Below are positions 1 through 11,000 of a stretch of DNA of 64,000 bases, one piece after another. The first letter of the stretch is position 1; every line of letters begins with the position of its first letter. The DNA is from an uncultured Nitrospiraceae bacterium. GTDB taxonomy: Bacteria; Nitrospirota; Nitrospiria; Nitrospirales; Nitrospiraceae. The stretch covers positions 1,216,001 through 1,280,000 of the forward strand of contig CAWJWJ010000002.1 in assembly GCA_963846575.1 (NCBI GenBank), given 5' to 3'. Both the position numbers and the translations under genes were made by a program. The notes beneath the pieces are model-generated. The model saw only the letters and a program-made list of their open reading frames with translations. It was not told the origin of the DNA and did not search any database.

Positions 1-327
1 GCTCCGTCAGCGACCATCGCGGAGGGACAGGACGTGTCGGAGCAGGAAGTGGCCCGGCTCTGGCAACAGTTGTTGGGCATCGATCGGGTGGGGGTGGACG
101 AGGATTTTTTCCGATTGGGTGGGGAGTCCTTGAGCGCGCTGCAGATCTTGAATCGCGTCCAGGAACGCTTCGGGGTCGAACTGTCGCTGAGGGATTTTTA
201 CGCCGCGCCGACCGTGCAGGGCTTGACGCAGCAGATTCGCGGGGCACGCAGCGCCGGGGAACAGCCTGAAGTGAAACTCCTGCCGCTCCCGCGAGAGGCC
301 CGGCGTCTACGGGGAGCCTCCGTATGA
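1..327 (+). CDS. C-terminal end (5'-truncated by window) of an NRPS/PKS protein ending in a carrier (PCP/ACP) domain
   Basis: Frame is open from base 1 (APSATIAEGQDVSEQEVARLWQQLLG...). Phosphopantetheine motif DFFRLGGESL. Stop at 327. Confidence 0.85.
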   Translation, partial: APSATIAEGQDVSEQEVARLWQQLLGIDRVGVDEDFFRLGGESLSALQILNRVQERFGVELSLRDFYAAPTVQGLTQQIRGARSAGEQPEVKLLPLPREARRLRGASV

Positions 328-367
328 CGCAGTGCATGAACGAATGTGCAGCGGGAGACGGGATGCG

Positions 368-2104
368 ATGAGCCTTTTCCGGTTTCTGATTCGGATTTCC
401 TGGCGGCTGCTGCTCTGTTCCATGGCGGCTGGCGTGGTCAGCGGTCTGGCGGGCGCCGCCATCATCGCGGTCATCCATAAGACCATGAACGGAAGCGACG
501 TCTCGTCCTCGCTGGCGTGGGGGTTTGTCGCACTGGCCCTCCTGGTGGCTGCGTCGAAAGCGCTCTCTGAAATCCTGCTGACCAGACTCGGCCAAAGCAC
601 CATTGCGCACGTACGGATGCAACTCAGCCGCGGCATCCTGGAGGCGCCACTTCGCCAGGTCGAGGAGCTGGGCCATCCTCGATTGCTGGCTGCCCTGACC
701 GACGACACGGATGTCATCGCGCAGGCCTATGTGCAACTGCCGCTGATCTGCGTCAACGTGGCGACGACGGTCGGCTGCCTCGCCTATCTGGGGTGGCTCT
801 CGTGGCCGATGCTCCTGCTCGTCCTGGCCTGTATGCTGCTCGGCACCGTCACCTTTCAGCTGCAGGAACGACGCGCCTTACGGTTCTTCACCAGCGCGCG
901 CGACACCAACGACAGCCTCTTCCGGCATTTCAGGTCCATCATGGCGGGGATCAAGGAACTCAAGCTGCACCGGTCACGGCGGCGCGAATTTCTCGACCTG
1001 GCGCTCCAGCGGACGGTCGACTCCTACCAGCGCGACTTCACGCGCGGGATGACCGTCTATTCCATCGCGTCAAGCTGGGGCGCGTTGCTCTTCTATGCCG
1101 TCATCGCAGTCGTCCTCTTCATCTGGCCATCCTGGCAGCCACTGCCCCTGGAGACCGTCGTCGGTGCCGCCCTGGTGCTCCTGTACATGATGGGTCCGTT
1201 TTCGCAGATCGTCGAATTGCTGCCGGGCGTCGGACGGGCCAACGTCGCGCTGCGGAAAATCGAAACGCTCGGATTGTCGCTGGCCGCCTCCAGTGTGGCC
1301 GGAGGTGACGGGGAGCGGCAGCGCCGCGCGCCGGGGATCGATCCGGTCGGATGGCGGAGGCTCCAATTGTCCGGCATCACGCACCGGTATGCCCGTGAAG
1401 CGGAGGACTCCAGCTTTTCCATGGGACCGGTCGACCTCGATTTTGCTCCCGGTGAAGTGACGTTTCTCATCGGAGGAAACGGCAGCGGCAAGACCACGCT
1501 GGCCATGGTGCTGCTGGGACTCTATTCACCCGAGTCGGGGACGATCCGCCTCGACGGTGTCGAGATCGATGAGTCCAACCGGGACGAGTACCGGCAGTTG
1601 TTTTCGACGGTGCTCTCGGATTTTTACCTGTTCGAGAGTCTGCTGGGAATCCGGAAAGCCGCACTCGATGCGGAAGCCCTCGCCTATTTGGAGCGATTGC
1701 AGCTGCGATCCAGGGTGCGGATTGAACGGGGTGTGTTCTCGACCCAGGCGCTTTCCCAGGGACAGCGGAAACGGCTCGCCCTGTTGACGGCCTATGTCGA
1801 AGACCGGCCCTTCTACGTCTTTGATGAATGGGCGGCTGATCAGGATCCATTGTTTCGCAGGGTCTTTTATACGGAACTGCTGCCTGACCTGAAAGCACGA
1901 GGCAAGACGGTGCTCGTGATTACGCACGACGATCAATATTTTTCGGTCGCCGACCGGTGCGTGCGGATGGATTACGGCCGGATCGTGACGGTGTCCAGGC
2001 CCGGCGGCACGTTTGACGAGCCGGACTGTGTCCTGTCGCATCCCGGTCATGCGGGCCCCGATCCGGTGCGCCGGGATTCATTGTCAAAGGAGAAGCAGTT
2101 ATGA
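368..2104 (+). CDS. Cyclic-peptide/siderophore ABC exporter, PvdE/SyrD family (TMD-NBD fusion)
   Basis: N-terminal TM helices. Walker A GGNGSGKTT, signature LSQGQRKRLAL, family-typical FDEWAADQDPLFRRVFY. Start moved to ATG 368 after GGGAG. Confidence 0.9.
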   Translation: MSLFRFLIRISWRLLLCSMAAGVVSGLAGAAIIAVIHKTMNGSDVSSSLAWGFVALALLVAASKALSEILLTRLGQSTIAHVRMQLSRGILEAPLRQVEELGHPRLLAALTDDTDVIAQAYVQLPLICVNVATTVGCLAYLGWLSWPMLLLVLACMLLGTVTFQLQERRALRFFTSARDTNDSLFRHFRSIMAGIKELKLHRSRRREFLDLALQRTVDSYQRDFTRGMTVYSIASSWGALLFYAVIAVVLFIWPSWQPLPLETVVGAALVLLYMMGPFSQIVELLPGVGRANVALRKIETLGLSLAASSVAGGDGERQRRAPGIDPVGWRRLQLSGITHRYAREAEDSSFSMGPVDLDFAPGEVTFLIGGNGSGKTTLAMVLLGLYSPESGTIRLDGVEIDESNRDEYRQLFSTVLSDFYLFESLLGIRKAALDAEALAYLERLQLRSRVRIERGVFSTQALSQGQRKRLALLTAYVEDRPFYVFDEWAADQDPLFRRVFYTELLPDLKARGKTVLVITHDDQYFSVADRCVRMDYGRIVTVSRPGGTFDEPDCVLSHPGHAGPDPVRRDSLSKEKQL

Positions 2105-3507
2105 CGGCTCATGTCGACGAGATGTGGCAGGCAATTCCGACCGGCGTCACGCCTCCCATCGAACAGCCCGGGACCAATCCCTATTTGGAGCGGCAGGCCC
2201 TGAGAGAATCGAATGCGCGCAGTTATCCCCGGCGGCTGCCGTTGGCGCTCAGCAAGGGCAAAGGCATTTACGTTCAGGATGTCGAGGGCCGGACCTATAT
2301 CGATTGCCTGGCTTGCGCCGGAGCCCTGGCCCTCGGGCACAACCATCCCGTCGTGGTGGAGGCGATCAATCGAATGCTGCGGGACGGCCTGCCGTTCCAA
2401 ACGTTGGATTTGACGACTCCCGCCAAGGATCGCTTCGTCGAGCGGCTGTTCGGCTCCCTGCCGGAGAAATTCGCCGACGGCGCGAAAATCCAGTTCTGTG
2501 GTCCGTCCGGTGCGGACGCCGTCGAGGCCGCGATCAAGCTGGTCAAGATCGCGCGTGAACGGCGGTCCATCCTCGCCTTCCAGGGCGCCTATCACGGGAT
2601 GACGCATGGCACGTTGGGACTGACGGGTCATCTGGCTCCGAAACATGCCGTGAGCGGGCTCATGCCCGATGTTCATTTCCTGCCCTATCCCTATGCCTAT
2701 CGTTGCCCGTTCGGCGTCGGCGGCGAAGAAGGGTCTCGTCTTTCCAGTGCCTATATCGAACGATTGCTGGACGACCCCAACAGCGGAATCGTCGAACCGG
2801 CCGGCATGATCCTGGAGGTCATCCAGGGCGAAGGAGGTGTCGTGCCCGCGTCACTGAGCTGGCTGCGGGACATCCGCCGTATCACAGGGGAACGGGGGAT
2901 TCCGCTGATCGTGGATGAAGTGCAAACCGGCTTGGGCCGCACGGGCTCGCTCTACGCATTCGAGCAGGCCGACATCGTGCCGGATGTCGTCGTGTTGTCG
3001 AAGGCGATCGGCGGCGGCCTGCCGTTGAGCGTGGTGGTGTACCGGCCGGAACTGGATCGGTGGACGGCGGGGGCCCATGCGGGCACCTTCCGGGGAAACC
3101 AACTGGCCATGGCCACCGGAGAGGCCACCATCGAATTCGTCTGCCGCGAGCGGTTGGACGTTCATGCGGCCAGGATGGGTGAACGCTTGATGAGCCACCT
3201 GCATCGCATCCAGGCAGAGGCGCGAAGCCTCGGTGATGTGCGGGGCCGCGGCCTGATGATCGGGGTGGAGATCGTCAATACCGGCGAGTCGCCGGATCGA
3301 TCGGGGGCGTTCGCCGCTGCGCCGGCAGTGGCGAGCCGCATCCAGCAGGAAGCGTTGCGCCGCGGGCTGATTCTCGAACTCGGCGGCCGGAACAACAGCG
3401 TGGTGCGATTCCTGTCGCCGTTAATCGTGACGGCGGATGACATCGACAGGATCTCGACGATCTTTTCCGAAGCCGTGAGAGCGGCGGAGCGGGAGTGCGC
3501 TGCATGA
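2101..3507 (+). CDS. Diaminobutyrate--2-oxoglutarate aminotransferase (PvdH/Dat/EctB-like, class III PLP)
   Basis: ESNARSYPRRLPLAL, DCLACAGALALGHNHP, DEVQTGLGRTG, LSKAIGGGLP, HAGTFRGNQLAM. ATGA overlap with upstream gene. Two Dab-coded A domains lie downstream. Confidence 0.92.
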   Translation: MTAHVDEMWQAIPTGVTPPIEQPGTNPYLERQALRESNARSYPRRLPLALSKGKGIYVQDVEGRTYIDCLACAGALALGHNHPVVVEAINRMLRDGLPFQTLDLTTPAKDRFVERLFGSLPEKFADGAKIQFCGPSGADAVEAAIKLVKIARERRSILAFQGAYHGMTHGTLGLTGHLAPKHAVSGLMPDVHFLPYPYAYRCPFGVGGEEGSRLSSAYIERLLDDPNSGIVEPAGMILEVIQGEGGVVPASLSWLRDIRRITGERGIPLIVDEVQTGLGRTGSLYAFEQADIVPDVVVLSKAIGGGLPLSVVVYRPELDRWTAGAHAGTFRGNQLAMATGEATIEFVCRERLDVHAARMGERLMSHLHRIQAEARSLGDVRGRGLMIGVEIVNTGESPDRSGAFAAAPAVASRIQQEALRRGLILELGGRNNSVVRFLSPLIVTADDIDRISTIFSEAVRAAERECAA

Positions 3508-5897
3508 CGATCGTTCGTCTCCTGTGCATGGCCATTGCGGTGATCCTGACCGGCGGGATCGGGTGGGGCGTGATGGTGCTATGCGGCTCACTGCCGGCTC
3601 TGGACGGCCGGATCACGGTGGCGGAACTGCAGGCGGCGGTGACGGTGACGTCCGACGACCGGGGCATTCCCGTGATTGCGGCCGGCTCCCGGAGCGATGC
3701 CCTGAGGGCGCTGGGATTCGTGACCGCGCGCGATCGACTGTTTCAGATGGACCTGTTGCGTCGAAGCAGCGCCGGACGGCTGGCGGAGATATTCGGACAG
3801 CCGGCCCTCGACATGGATGTGAAGCAGCGCACGATCGGGTTCGCGCAGGTGGCGGAGGGCATCATGCGTCGCCTCCCGGGCGAGCAGCAAGCGGCATTGG
3901 AGGCCTATGCAGAGGGCGTCAACGCATTCCTCACGGGGATGAACAGGCCTCCGTTCGAGTGTGTGATGCTCGGGTATCGGCCTGCAATGTGGCGGCCGGA
4001 AGACAGTTTGCTGGTGGTGCTGGGCATGTTTCAAATGCTGAACGGCTCGGACGACGACGAACGCATGCGCACCATCATGCACGCGACCCTTCCAGCCGAC
4101 GTCTCGACCTTTCTGATCCCCACCATTGATCCATACACGGACCGCCTCCTGCATGGAACGGATACGCCACTCGTGCAGCGCCCGGTGCCGGTGCAGAGTC
4201 TGGCAGGGCTGCGGCGGCCCGCCGATCAGATTCGTTCGTCTCAGATATCGGTGGTCCGGCTGGATACACCCGTCGCGGGATCGAATGCCTGGGCGGTCGG
4301 GGGAGGCCGGACGACTGACGGGCGCGCGATTCTCGCCAACGACATGCATCTGGATGTCGCCGTGCCCAATATCTGGTACCGCGTGCAGCTTCGTTATCAG
4401 GATGTCGAGATGGCCGGGATGGTCGTGCCGGGCATTCCCGTGATGATTGCGGGCTCGAATGGTCACGTGGCCTGGGGATTGACCAATGTGGAAGGGGATT
4501 TTCTGGACTTGGTGCGGCTGGAACTCAATCCCCACCAGGACCAGGAATACGCGACGCCGGACGGGTGGCGGCCCTTCGCGATCCGGCGGGAGACGATTAC
4601 CGTTAAGGGCGGTGAGACCCGGGCTCTGGAGGTGAAGGAGACGATCTGGGGTCCCCTGTCAGCCGAACCGCTGCTCGGCCGGCCGGTGGCGATGCACTGG
4701 ACCGCCCTCGATCCGGAGGCGGTGGATGTGGGGTTGGTACATATGGATCGCGCCCGCTCGCTGTCGGAAGCGCTCTCCGTCCTCAACCGCGCCGCGGGGC
4801 CCGGCAATAACGTGTTGCTGGCGGACGCCGATGGTCACATCGCATGGACCTATACCGGTCGCATCCCCATCCGCCGGGGATTCGACGGTTCCGTCAGTGT
4901 GTCCTGGGCGGATGGCCGAGCCGGTTGGTCCGGATTCATCGCGCCGCATCAGATGCCGCGCATCGTGGATCCTCCCGCCGGCTTCCTCGTCAGCGCGAAC
5001 CAACGCATGCTGGCGGAGGACTCTCCCTATCTCATCGGCCATGCATTCGCCGGTGGCTACCGGGCCTATCGTATTACGGAGCGGTTGCGCATGCTGCGGC
5101 CGGCCCGCGAACCGGATCTTCTGGCCCTTCAATTGGACACGACCACGGAGGTCTATGAATTTTACCGGGCGCTGGTGGAGCGGTTGCTGAGCCCGGACGT
5201 GCTGCGGGAGAAACCCCATCTGGCGGACGTCCATCGCGTTGTCCGTGCATGGAGTGGAAGGGCTGATGCGGACAGCACGGGGTTCGGGCTGTTGGTGGCC
5301 TTCAGAAAATCATTGGCGCAGTCGGTCTTCACGCCCTTTTTGGCTGTGTGCCGCGAGCAGGACGAGCGATTCGTCTACGACGGTGATCTGGACACCCCCT
5401 TGCGAGCCATTCTGGCGGCGCAGGCGCCGCCGCTCCTGCCTGATCCTGAACAGTACCGGGACTGGAATGCATTTCTTCTGCACGTCCTGGAACGACGAGT
5501 CGAGGAGTTGATGGCGGAACATGGCGCCCCGACCGTGGATGCATTGACCTGGGGATCCATGAACCGCGTGCAGATCACGCACCCGTTGGCCGAGGCGCTC
5601 CCGGGGCTGGGCCTGCTGTTGAACATGCCGCAGGAGGACGCTCCGGGCTGCAGTCAATGCGTGCGGGTCGTGAGCGGAAGCCTGGTGGCCAGCCAACGCA
5701 TGGTCGTGTCTCCCGGTCGTCACGGAGATGGAATCCTCCATATGCCGGGCGGGCAGTCCGGGCACCCCTTGTCGCCGCACTATCGTGACCAGCATCCCTA
5801 TTGGAGCCAAGGCCTTTCTTCACCGTTATTGGCGGGACCGGCGGTCCATCACCTCGTGCTGACTCCCGCCTCCGCGCAGGCCCTGCAATCGATGTAA
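3504..5897 (+). CDS. Penicillin acylase family Ntn-hydrolase (functional analogue of PvdQ siderophore deacylase)
   Basis: N-terminal hydrophobic anchor. [11 protein letters not shown], beta-chain nucleophile motif [33 protein letters not shown] overlap with upstream stop. Confidence 0.88.
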   Translation: MTIVRLLCMAIAVILTGGIGWGVMVLCGSLPALDGRITVAELQAAVTVTSDDRGIPVIAAGSRSDALRALGFVTARDRLFQMDLLRRSSAGRLAEIFGQPALDMDVKQRTIGFAQVAEGIMRRLPGEQQAALEAYAEGVNAFLTGMNRPPFECVMLGYRPAMWRPEDSLLVVLGMFQMLNGSDDDERMRTIMHATLPADVSTFLIPTIDPYTDRLLHGTDTPLVQRPVPVQSLAGLRRPADQIRSSQISVVRLDTPVAGSNAWAVGGGRTTDGRAILANDMHLDVAVPNIWYRVQLRYQDVEMAGMVVPGIPVMIAGSNGHVAWGLTNVEGDFLDLVRLELNPHQDQEYATPDGWRPFAIRRETITVKGGETRALEVKETIWGPLSAEPLLGRPVAMHWTALDPEAVDVGLVHMDRARSLSEALSVLNRAAGPGNNVLLADADGHIAWTYTGRIPIRRGFDGSVSVSWADGRAGWSGFIAPHQMPRIVDPPAGFLVSANQRMLAEDSPYLIGHAFAGGYRAYRITERLRMLRPAREPDLLALQLDTTTEVYEFYRALVERLLSPDVLREKPHLADVHRVVRAWSGRADADSTGFGLLVAFRKSLAQSVFTPFLAVCREQDERFVYDGDLDTPLRAILAAQAPPLLPDPEQYRDWNAFLLHVLERRVEELMAEHGAPTVDALTWGSMNRVQITHPLAEALPGLGLLLNMPQEDAPGCSQCVRVVSGSLVASQRMVVSPGRHGDGILHMPGGQSGHPLSPHYRDQHPYWSQGLSSPLLAGPAVHHLVLTPASAQALQSM

Positions 5898-5920
5898 CCC
5901 TAACCCGAGGAGGAGACGCC

Positions 5921-6160
5921 ATGGTACAGGACGAACGCGAAGACACGACGATCTACAAGGTAGTGGTGAATCATGAAGAGCAATATTCCATCTGGCCCTC
6001 CTATCGGGACAATCCCCTCGGGTGGACGGACGCGGGGAAAACCGGGCTCAAGGATGAGTGTCTGGAATACATCAAGGAGGTCTGGACGGACATGCGGCCG
6101 TTGAGTTTGCGGAAGTGGATGGCGGAGCAGGCGGACGATAAGACGGCCTCCTCATGCTGA
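5921..6160 (+). CDS. mbtH: MbtH-like protein
   Basis: [13 protein letters not shown]...GW...[18 protein letters not shown]. Strong RBS GAGGAGG before ATG 5921. Confidence 0.95.
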   Translation: MVQDEREDTTIYKVVVNHEEQYSIWPSYRDNPLGWTDAGKTGLKDECLEYIKEVWTDMRPLSLRKWMAEQADDKTASSC

Positions 6161-6978
6161 GCGCCGCGCGAGCACAACCCTGGATCGTCACCTGCCGCGA
6201 AGCGGCGGGGCCTCGATTGGTCTGCATCCCGTACGCCGGCGGGGGACCGTCGGTGTTCCGTGGGTGGCCGCAGCATCTTCCGGAGGACATCGAACTCTGC
6301 GCCGTGCATTTGCCCGGCCGGGAGGCGCGCATGGGCGAGGCGCCGATCAGAGATCTCACACGGCTGGTCGGGGACCTCGCGGAGGTGATCGAGCCCTGTC
6401 TCGACAGGCCGCTCGCGTTCTTCGGGCACAGCATCGGCGCGCTGATTGCGTTCGAACTCGCGCGCGAAATCCGCCGCCGTTACGGAGCGACGCCGGTGCA
6501 TCTCTTCGTGTCGGGCTGCCCCGCGCCGCACCTGCCCGATCCGGACCCGCTTCATGATCTACCGGAGGACGACTTTCTGGAGCGCATGCGCCGATTCAAC
6601 GGAACTCCACGGGAGGTGCTGGAACATCCGGAAATGATGCAACTCATGCTCCCGGCGCTGCGAGCGGATTTTTCCTTGCGCGACACCTATGCGCATGCCG
6701 CGGAACATCCCTTGAGCTGTCCGATTTCCGCCCTGGGCGGAATGCGTGACGACTGCGTCGGCACGGAACAGATGGACCCATGGAGGGAGCATACCTCCGG
6801 AACATTTCAGTTGTGGTTGTTCCAAGGCGACCACTTCTTTCTGCGGACCGCTCAGGCCGCCGTGGTCGAATGCCTGGCTGCGGCATTGCGCCATCAAGGG
6901 AAGGAGGAGGGGATCGTCCTGCAGACAGGGACTCTGCCGCAGGCGGCGAACAGCGAAGGAGTGCGTCAACCGGGCTGA
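6154..6978 (+). CDS. Type II (editing) thioesterase
   Basis: PYAGG, LPGRE, GHSIG nucleophile elbow, LRADF, GDHFFL. Confidence 0.92.
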   Translation: MLSAARAQPWIVTCREAAGPRLVCIPYAGGGPSVFRGWPQHLPEDIELCAVHLPGREARMGEAPIRDLTRLVGDLAEVIEPCLDRPLAFFGHSIGALIAFELAREIRRRYGATPVHLFVSGCPAPHLPDPDPLHDLPEDDFLERMRRFNGTPREVLEHPEMMQLMLPALRADFSLRDTYAHAAEHPLSCPISALGGMRDDCVGTEQMDPWREHTSGTFQLWLFQGDHFFLRTAQAAVVECLAAALRHQGKEEGIVLQTGTLPQAANSEGVRQPG

Positions 6979-7003
6979 GGAGTATGAACGATGATCGGGA
7001 GGT

Positions 7004-8047
7004 GTGGACATGCACGATGAATCTCGCGCGGCCTTTGCCGCGACCGCGTCCTCTGATGCCGACAGCCAGGTGGAATCGCGTTTCTCGACGAGTTTCCTGG
7101 ATTCAGGGCGCCGGCTGCCGTTGGTCCTGACGGCGACCGCGGGGCGTGAGATCGGTGCGTTTCTGCCGGCGGCTCATCGCGCCGCGGAGCGGTCCCTCCA
7201 TATCCATGGCGGGCTGTTGTTCCGAGGGCTGCCGCTGGCGACCGCCTCCGATTTCGAGTTGTTCGTGAAGGCGTTCACCCCATCGATGATTGCCTATGAG
7301 TTCGGATCGACCCCGCGCTCTCAGGTACAGAACCAGGTCTATACGTCCACGGAGTATCCTCCCCATCAACATATCCCGTTGCACAATGAGCAAGCCTATA
7401 CGACCGAATGGCCGATGAAGATCTGGTTCTACTGCGGACAGCCTGCCGCGGAGGGCGGCTGTACGCCCATTGCGGACAGCCGCGAGGTGTTCGCGAGGAT
7501 TCCGGCCGCCATTCGGGAGCGGTTCATCCGGAAGCGGGTGATGTACGTGCGGAACTACGGCAACGGTCTCGATGTGCCCTGGCAGAAGGTGTTCAACACC
7601 GGGGATCCTGGTGCGGTGGAACGGTTCTGCCGGAAGAATCAGATTCTCTTCGAGTGGAAGGCGGATGGGGAACTCAGGACGAGGCAGATTGCGCAGGCGG
7701 CGGCCGTACATCCTCATACCCGTGAGCAGGTGTGGTTCAACCAGGCGCATTTGTTTCACGTGTCGAATCTGGAGCCAGCCGTTCGAGAGGCGCTGCTGGG
7801 CGCCGTAAGCGAGGAGGATCTTCCTCGCCATGCCTATTATGGAGACGGGACCGCGATCGAGACCGGCCTGTTGGATGAAATTCGGGAGGTCTATCGCGGC
7901 GCATGCGTCCAGTTCGCCTGGCGGCGAGGCGATGTCCTGATGCTGGACAACATGCTGGCGGCGCATGGTCGGACGTCCTTCACGGGCAAGCGGCAGATCC
8001 TGGTGGCGATGGCGGAATCGTCGGAGGCGTCGCAGGCATGCCGATGA
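7004..8047 (+). CDS. TauD/TfdA (SyrP-like) Fe(II)/2OG dioxygenase, probable stand-alone aspartyl beta-hydroxylase
   Basis: VYTSTEYP, IPLHNEQAY (HxE), VWFNQAHLFH, DNMLAAHGR. The cluster has an Asp-coded A domain. Confidence 0.85.
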   Translation: MDMHDESRAAFAATASSDADSQVESRFSTSFLDSGRRLPLVLTATAGREIGAFLPAAHRAAERSLHIHGGLLFRGLPLATASDFELFVKAFTPSMIAYEFGSTPRSQVQNQVYTSTEYPPHQHIPLHNEQAYTTEWPMKIWFYCGQPAAEGGCTPIADSREVFARIPAAIRERFIRKRVMYVRNYGNGLDVPWQKVFNTGDPGAVERFCRKNQILFEWKADGELRTRQIAQAAAVHPHTREQVWFNQAHLFHVSNLEPAVREALLGAVSEEDLPRHAYYGDGTAIETGLLDEIREVYRGACVQFAWRRGDVLMLDNMLAAHGRTSFTGKRQILVAMAESSEASQACR

Positions 8048-11000
8048 ATGACGAGAGCGCCGTCAACGAGACGCCATGCACCGGCGCGACGGAAGTCGAC
8101 CAGTACGTCTTTCCGATGAGCTGTGCCCAACGCCGTTTGTGGTTTCTCTCGCAGCTGGAGCCTGAGAGCGCCGCCTACAACACGGCGATCGCCGTGCGGA
8201 TGCGGGGATGTCTCGACCGGGAGGCTGTGGCGAGTGCGTTCAATGCCATGGTGCGCCGCCACGAAGTCCTGAGGACGACCTTTGCCACGCATGAGGGCGA
8301 GCCCGTCCAGATTATCGCCGCGGAGGGTGCGGTGGATCTCGACGTGGTGAGCCGGTCCGGCGATCGAGGCGGAATCGAGCAGGCTGTTACCGAAGAAGCG
8401 CGACGTCCGTTCGATCTGTCGCGTGGTCCGTTGATTCGCTTGTGCCTGCTCCCACTGCATGAAGACGATCATGTCCTGGTGGTCACGCTCCATCATATCG
8501 TCTGTGACGGATGGTCGGCGCAGATCCTGGCGCGGGAATTCGTCTCGTTGTATGGAGCCGCGATCACGGGGTCGACGTCGCCCTTGCCGCCGTTGCCGAT
8601 CCAATATGCGGACTATGGAGAATGGCAGCGTCAGTGGCTGCAAGGGGCGGTGCGGGAACGCCAACTGGCCTATTGGAAGCGACAGTTGAGCGGCGAGCTG
8701 CCGGTGCTGGAACTGCCCACGGACCGCCCGCGAGCGGCAGTCCAGGACTCGTCCGGCGGCCGGTCAGTCTTTACCGTCCCTCCCGGGCTTGCGAGGGAAC
8801 TGTCGGCGCTGAGCCGACGGGAAGGCGTGACGTTGTTCATGACGCTGCTGGCGGCCTTCCAGGTATTCCTGCTCCGGTATACGGGTATCCACGATATCTG
8901 CGTCGGCACGCCGGTGGCATGCCGGACAAAGCGTGAGACGGAAGACCTGATCGGGTTTTTTGCCAATACGCTCGTCCTGCGCACCGACCTCTCGGAGAAT
9001 CCGTCATTCCGGGAACTGCTCGCGCGGGTCCGGGAGGTGGTCCTTGGCGCTCAAGCGCATCAGGACCTTCCGTTCGAAGAACTGGTGGAGTTGTTGAAGC
9101 CCGCCCGCGCCTTGAGCCACCACCCGCTCTTTCAAGTCCTGTTCGTCCTACAGACGGCCTTGACTCAGGCCGTTCGGCTTCCACAGCTGTCCGTCGACGT
9201 GCAGGAGGTGGATGTCGCGGCAGCGAAGTTTGATCTCTCGCTCGACATGGCGGAATCGGAACAGGGGTTGGAAGGAGCGTTCGAATACAGCCGCGATCTG
9301 TTTGCGCCGTCCACTATCGAACGCATGACGGACCAGTGGCTGCGGCTGCTTGAAGGAGTCGTCGATGATCCGGAGACACGGCTGAATGAACTGCCGTTGA
9401 TGTCAGAGGCGGACTACGACCGGAGCGTGGGGGAAATGGACGAGTGCGATTCCTCCGTCCCCGGCAGGGCCGGATTCGCAGAACTGTTCGAGGCGCAGGT
9501 CGAACAGAGTCCCGATGCCGTTGCGGTCGTCCGGCAGACTCACTCCATGACCTACCGTGAATTGAACGCCGCCGCCAATCAGGTGGCCCACGCCCTGACC
9601 GAAGCCGGAATAGGGGCAGATTCGATCGTGGCGGTGCTGGAGCCGCGCGGCATTCCCTTACTGACGATGATAGTGGGAATTCTCAAGGCGGGAGGCGTCT
9701 ATCTGCCACTTGATCCAGCCCACCCTCCGGCCCGCTGGAGTCACCTCATCGAGCTGAGTCAGGCGAGAGTCGTCCTGACGGCGGAATCATACCGGGGAGA
9801 GCTGCTCGGTGCATGCACCGGGCTGTCGGAATCGGGCGGCACGCCGGTGCTGACGATGGACCGGATCCTCGCCGTGCGCCCCGCTCATGGCAACCCGCGT
9901 CGGCCGTCATCGCCGGATCAACTGGCCTACGTCATCTATACCTCGGGTTCCACCGGCCTGCCGAAAGGCGCCATGGTGACGCAGAGTGGGCTCATCAATC
10001 ATCTGATGAGCAAGGTTGAGATCTTGGGATTGAACGCCGACACGGTGATCGCACAAACCGCCTCCTGCTGTTTCGACATTTCGGTCTGGCAATTTCTTGC
10101 CGCGCTGGTGAGCGGCGGCCGGACGTTGATCGTTCCCGATGACATTGCGCGCGATCCTGCGGCCCTGTTGTCCTGTCTCGAGCAAGGCGGGGTGACGGTG
10201 GCCGAAACCGTTCCCGTGCTGCTGCAGGGGATGCTGGATGCGCTGTCGAATTCCACCGTGCCCGGGTTGCATAGACTCGGATGGATGCTGCCGACGGGAG
10301 AGGCGCTTCCGCCGCAGCTCTGCCGTGCCTGGTTACAGCGGCTTCCGGATGTCCCCCTGATGAATGCCTATGGGCCGGCCGAATGCGCGGATGACGTGGC
10401 CATGGCTCCCATCATTTCGTCGCCCGCCCCCGAACAATTGTGGATGCCGATCGGCAGGCCTATCCGGAACGTCCGGCTCTATGTCGTCGACCAGTGGCTG
10501 GCGCCGGTGCCCGCGGGTGTTCCCGGAGAGCTCTGCGTCGGGGGCATCGCGGTGGGACGGGGGTATTTGCAGGATCCCGCGCGGACCGCCGTCTCGTTTG
10601 TGCCGGATCCGTTCGGCACCGTGGCCGGGGCTCGCCTCTATCGAACGGGTGATCGGGTCCGCCGGCGCGCCGACGGAAACCTGGAATTTCTCGGACGGTT
10701 CGATCACCAGGTCAAACTGCGGGGCGTGCGCATCGAGTTGGGCGAAATCGAGTCCCGCCTGCGCGACCTCCCGGACATTCGGGATGCCGTCGCGGTCCTG
10801 CGCGAGGATAGCCCGGGCCACAAACGGTTGACTGCCTATGTGGTGACGTCCGCGGCACAGGAGCATCAGACTGACCTCTGGCGGGCCGCCCTGTGCAAAC
10901 ATCTGCCCGATGCGATGGTGCCGGTTTGTTTCGTCATTCTGGAGGCGCTGCCCCGTACGGCCAACGGCAAGGTCGATCGTTCGGCCTTACCTGTCCCCGA

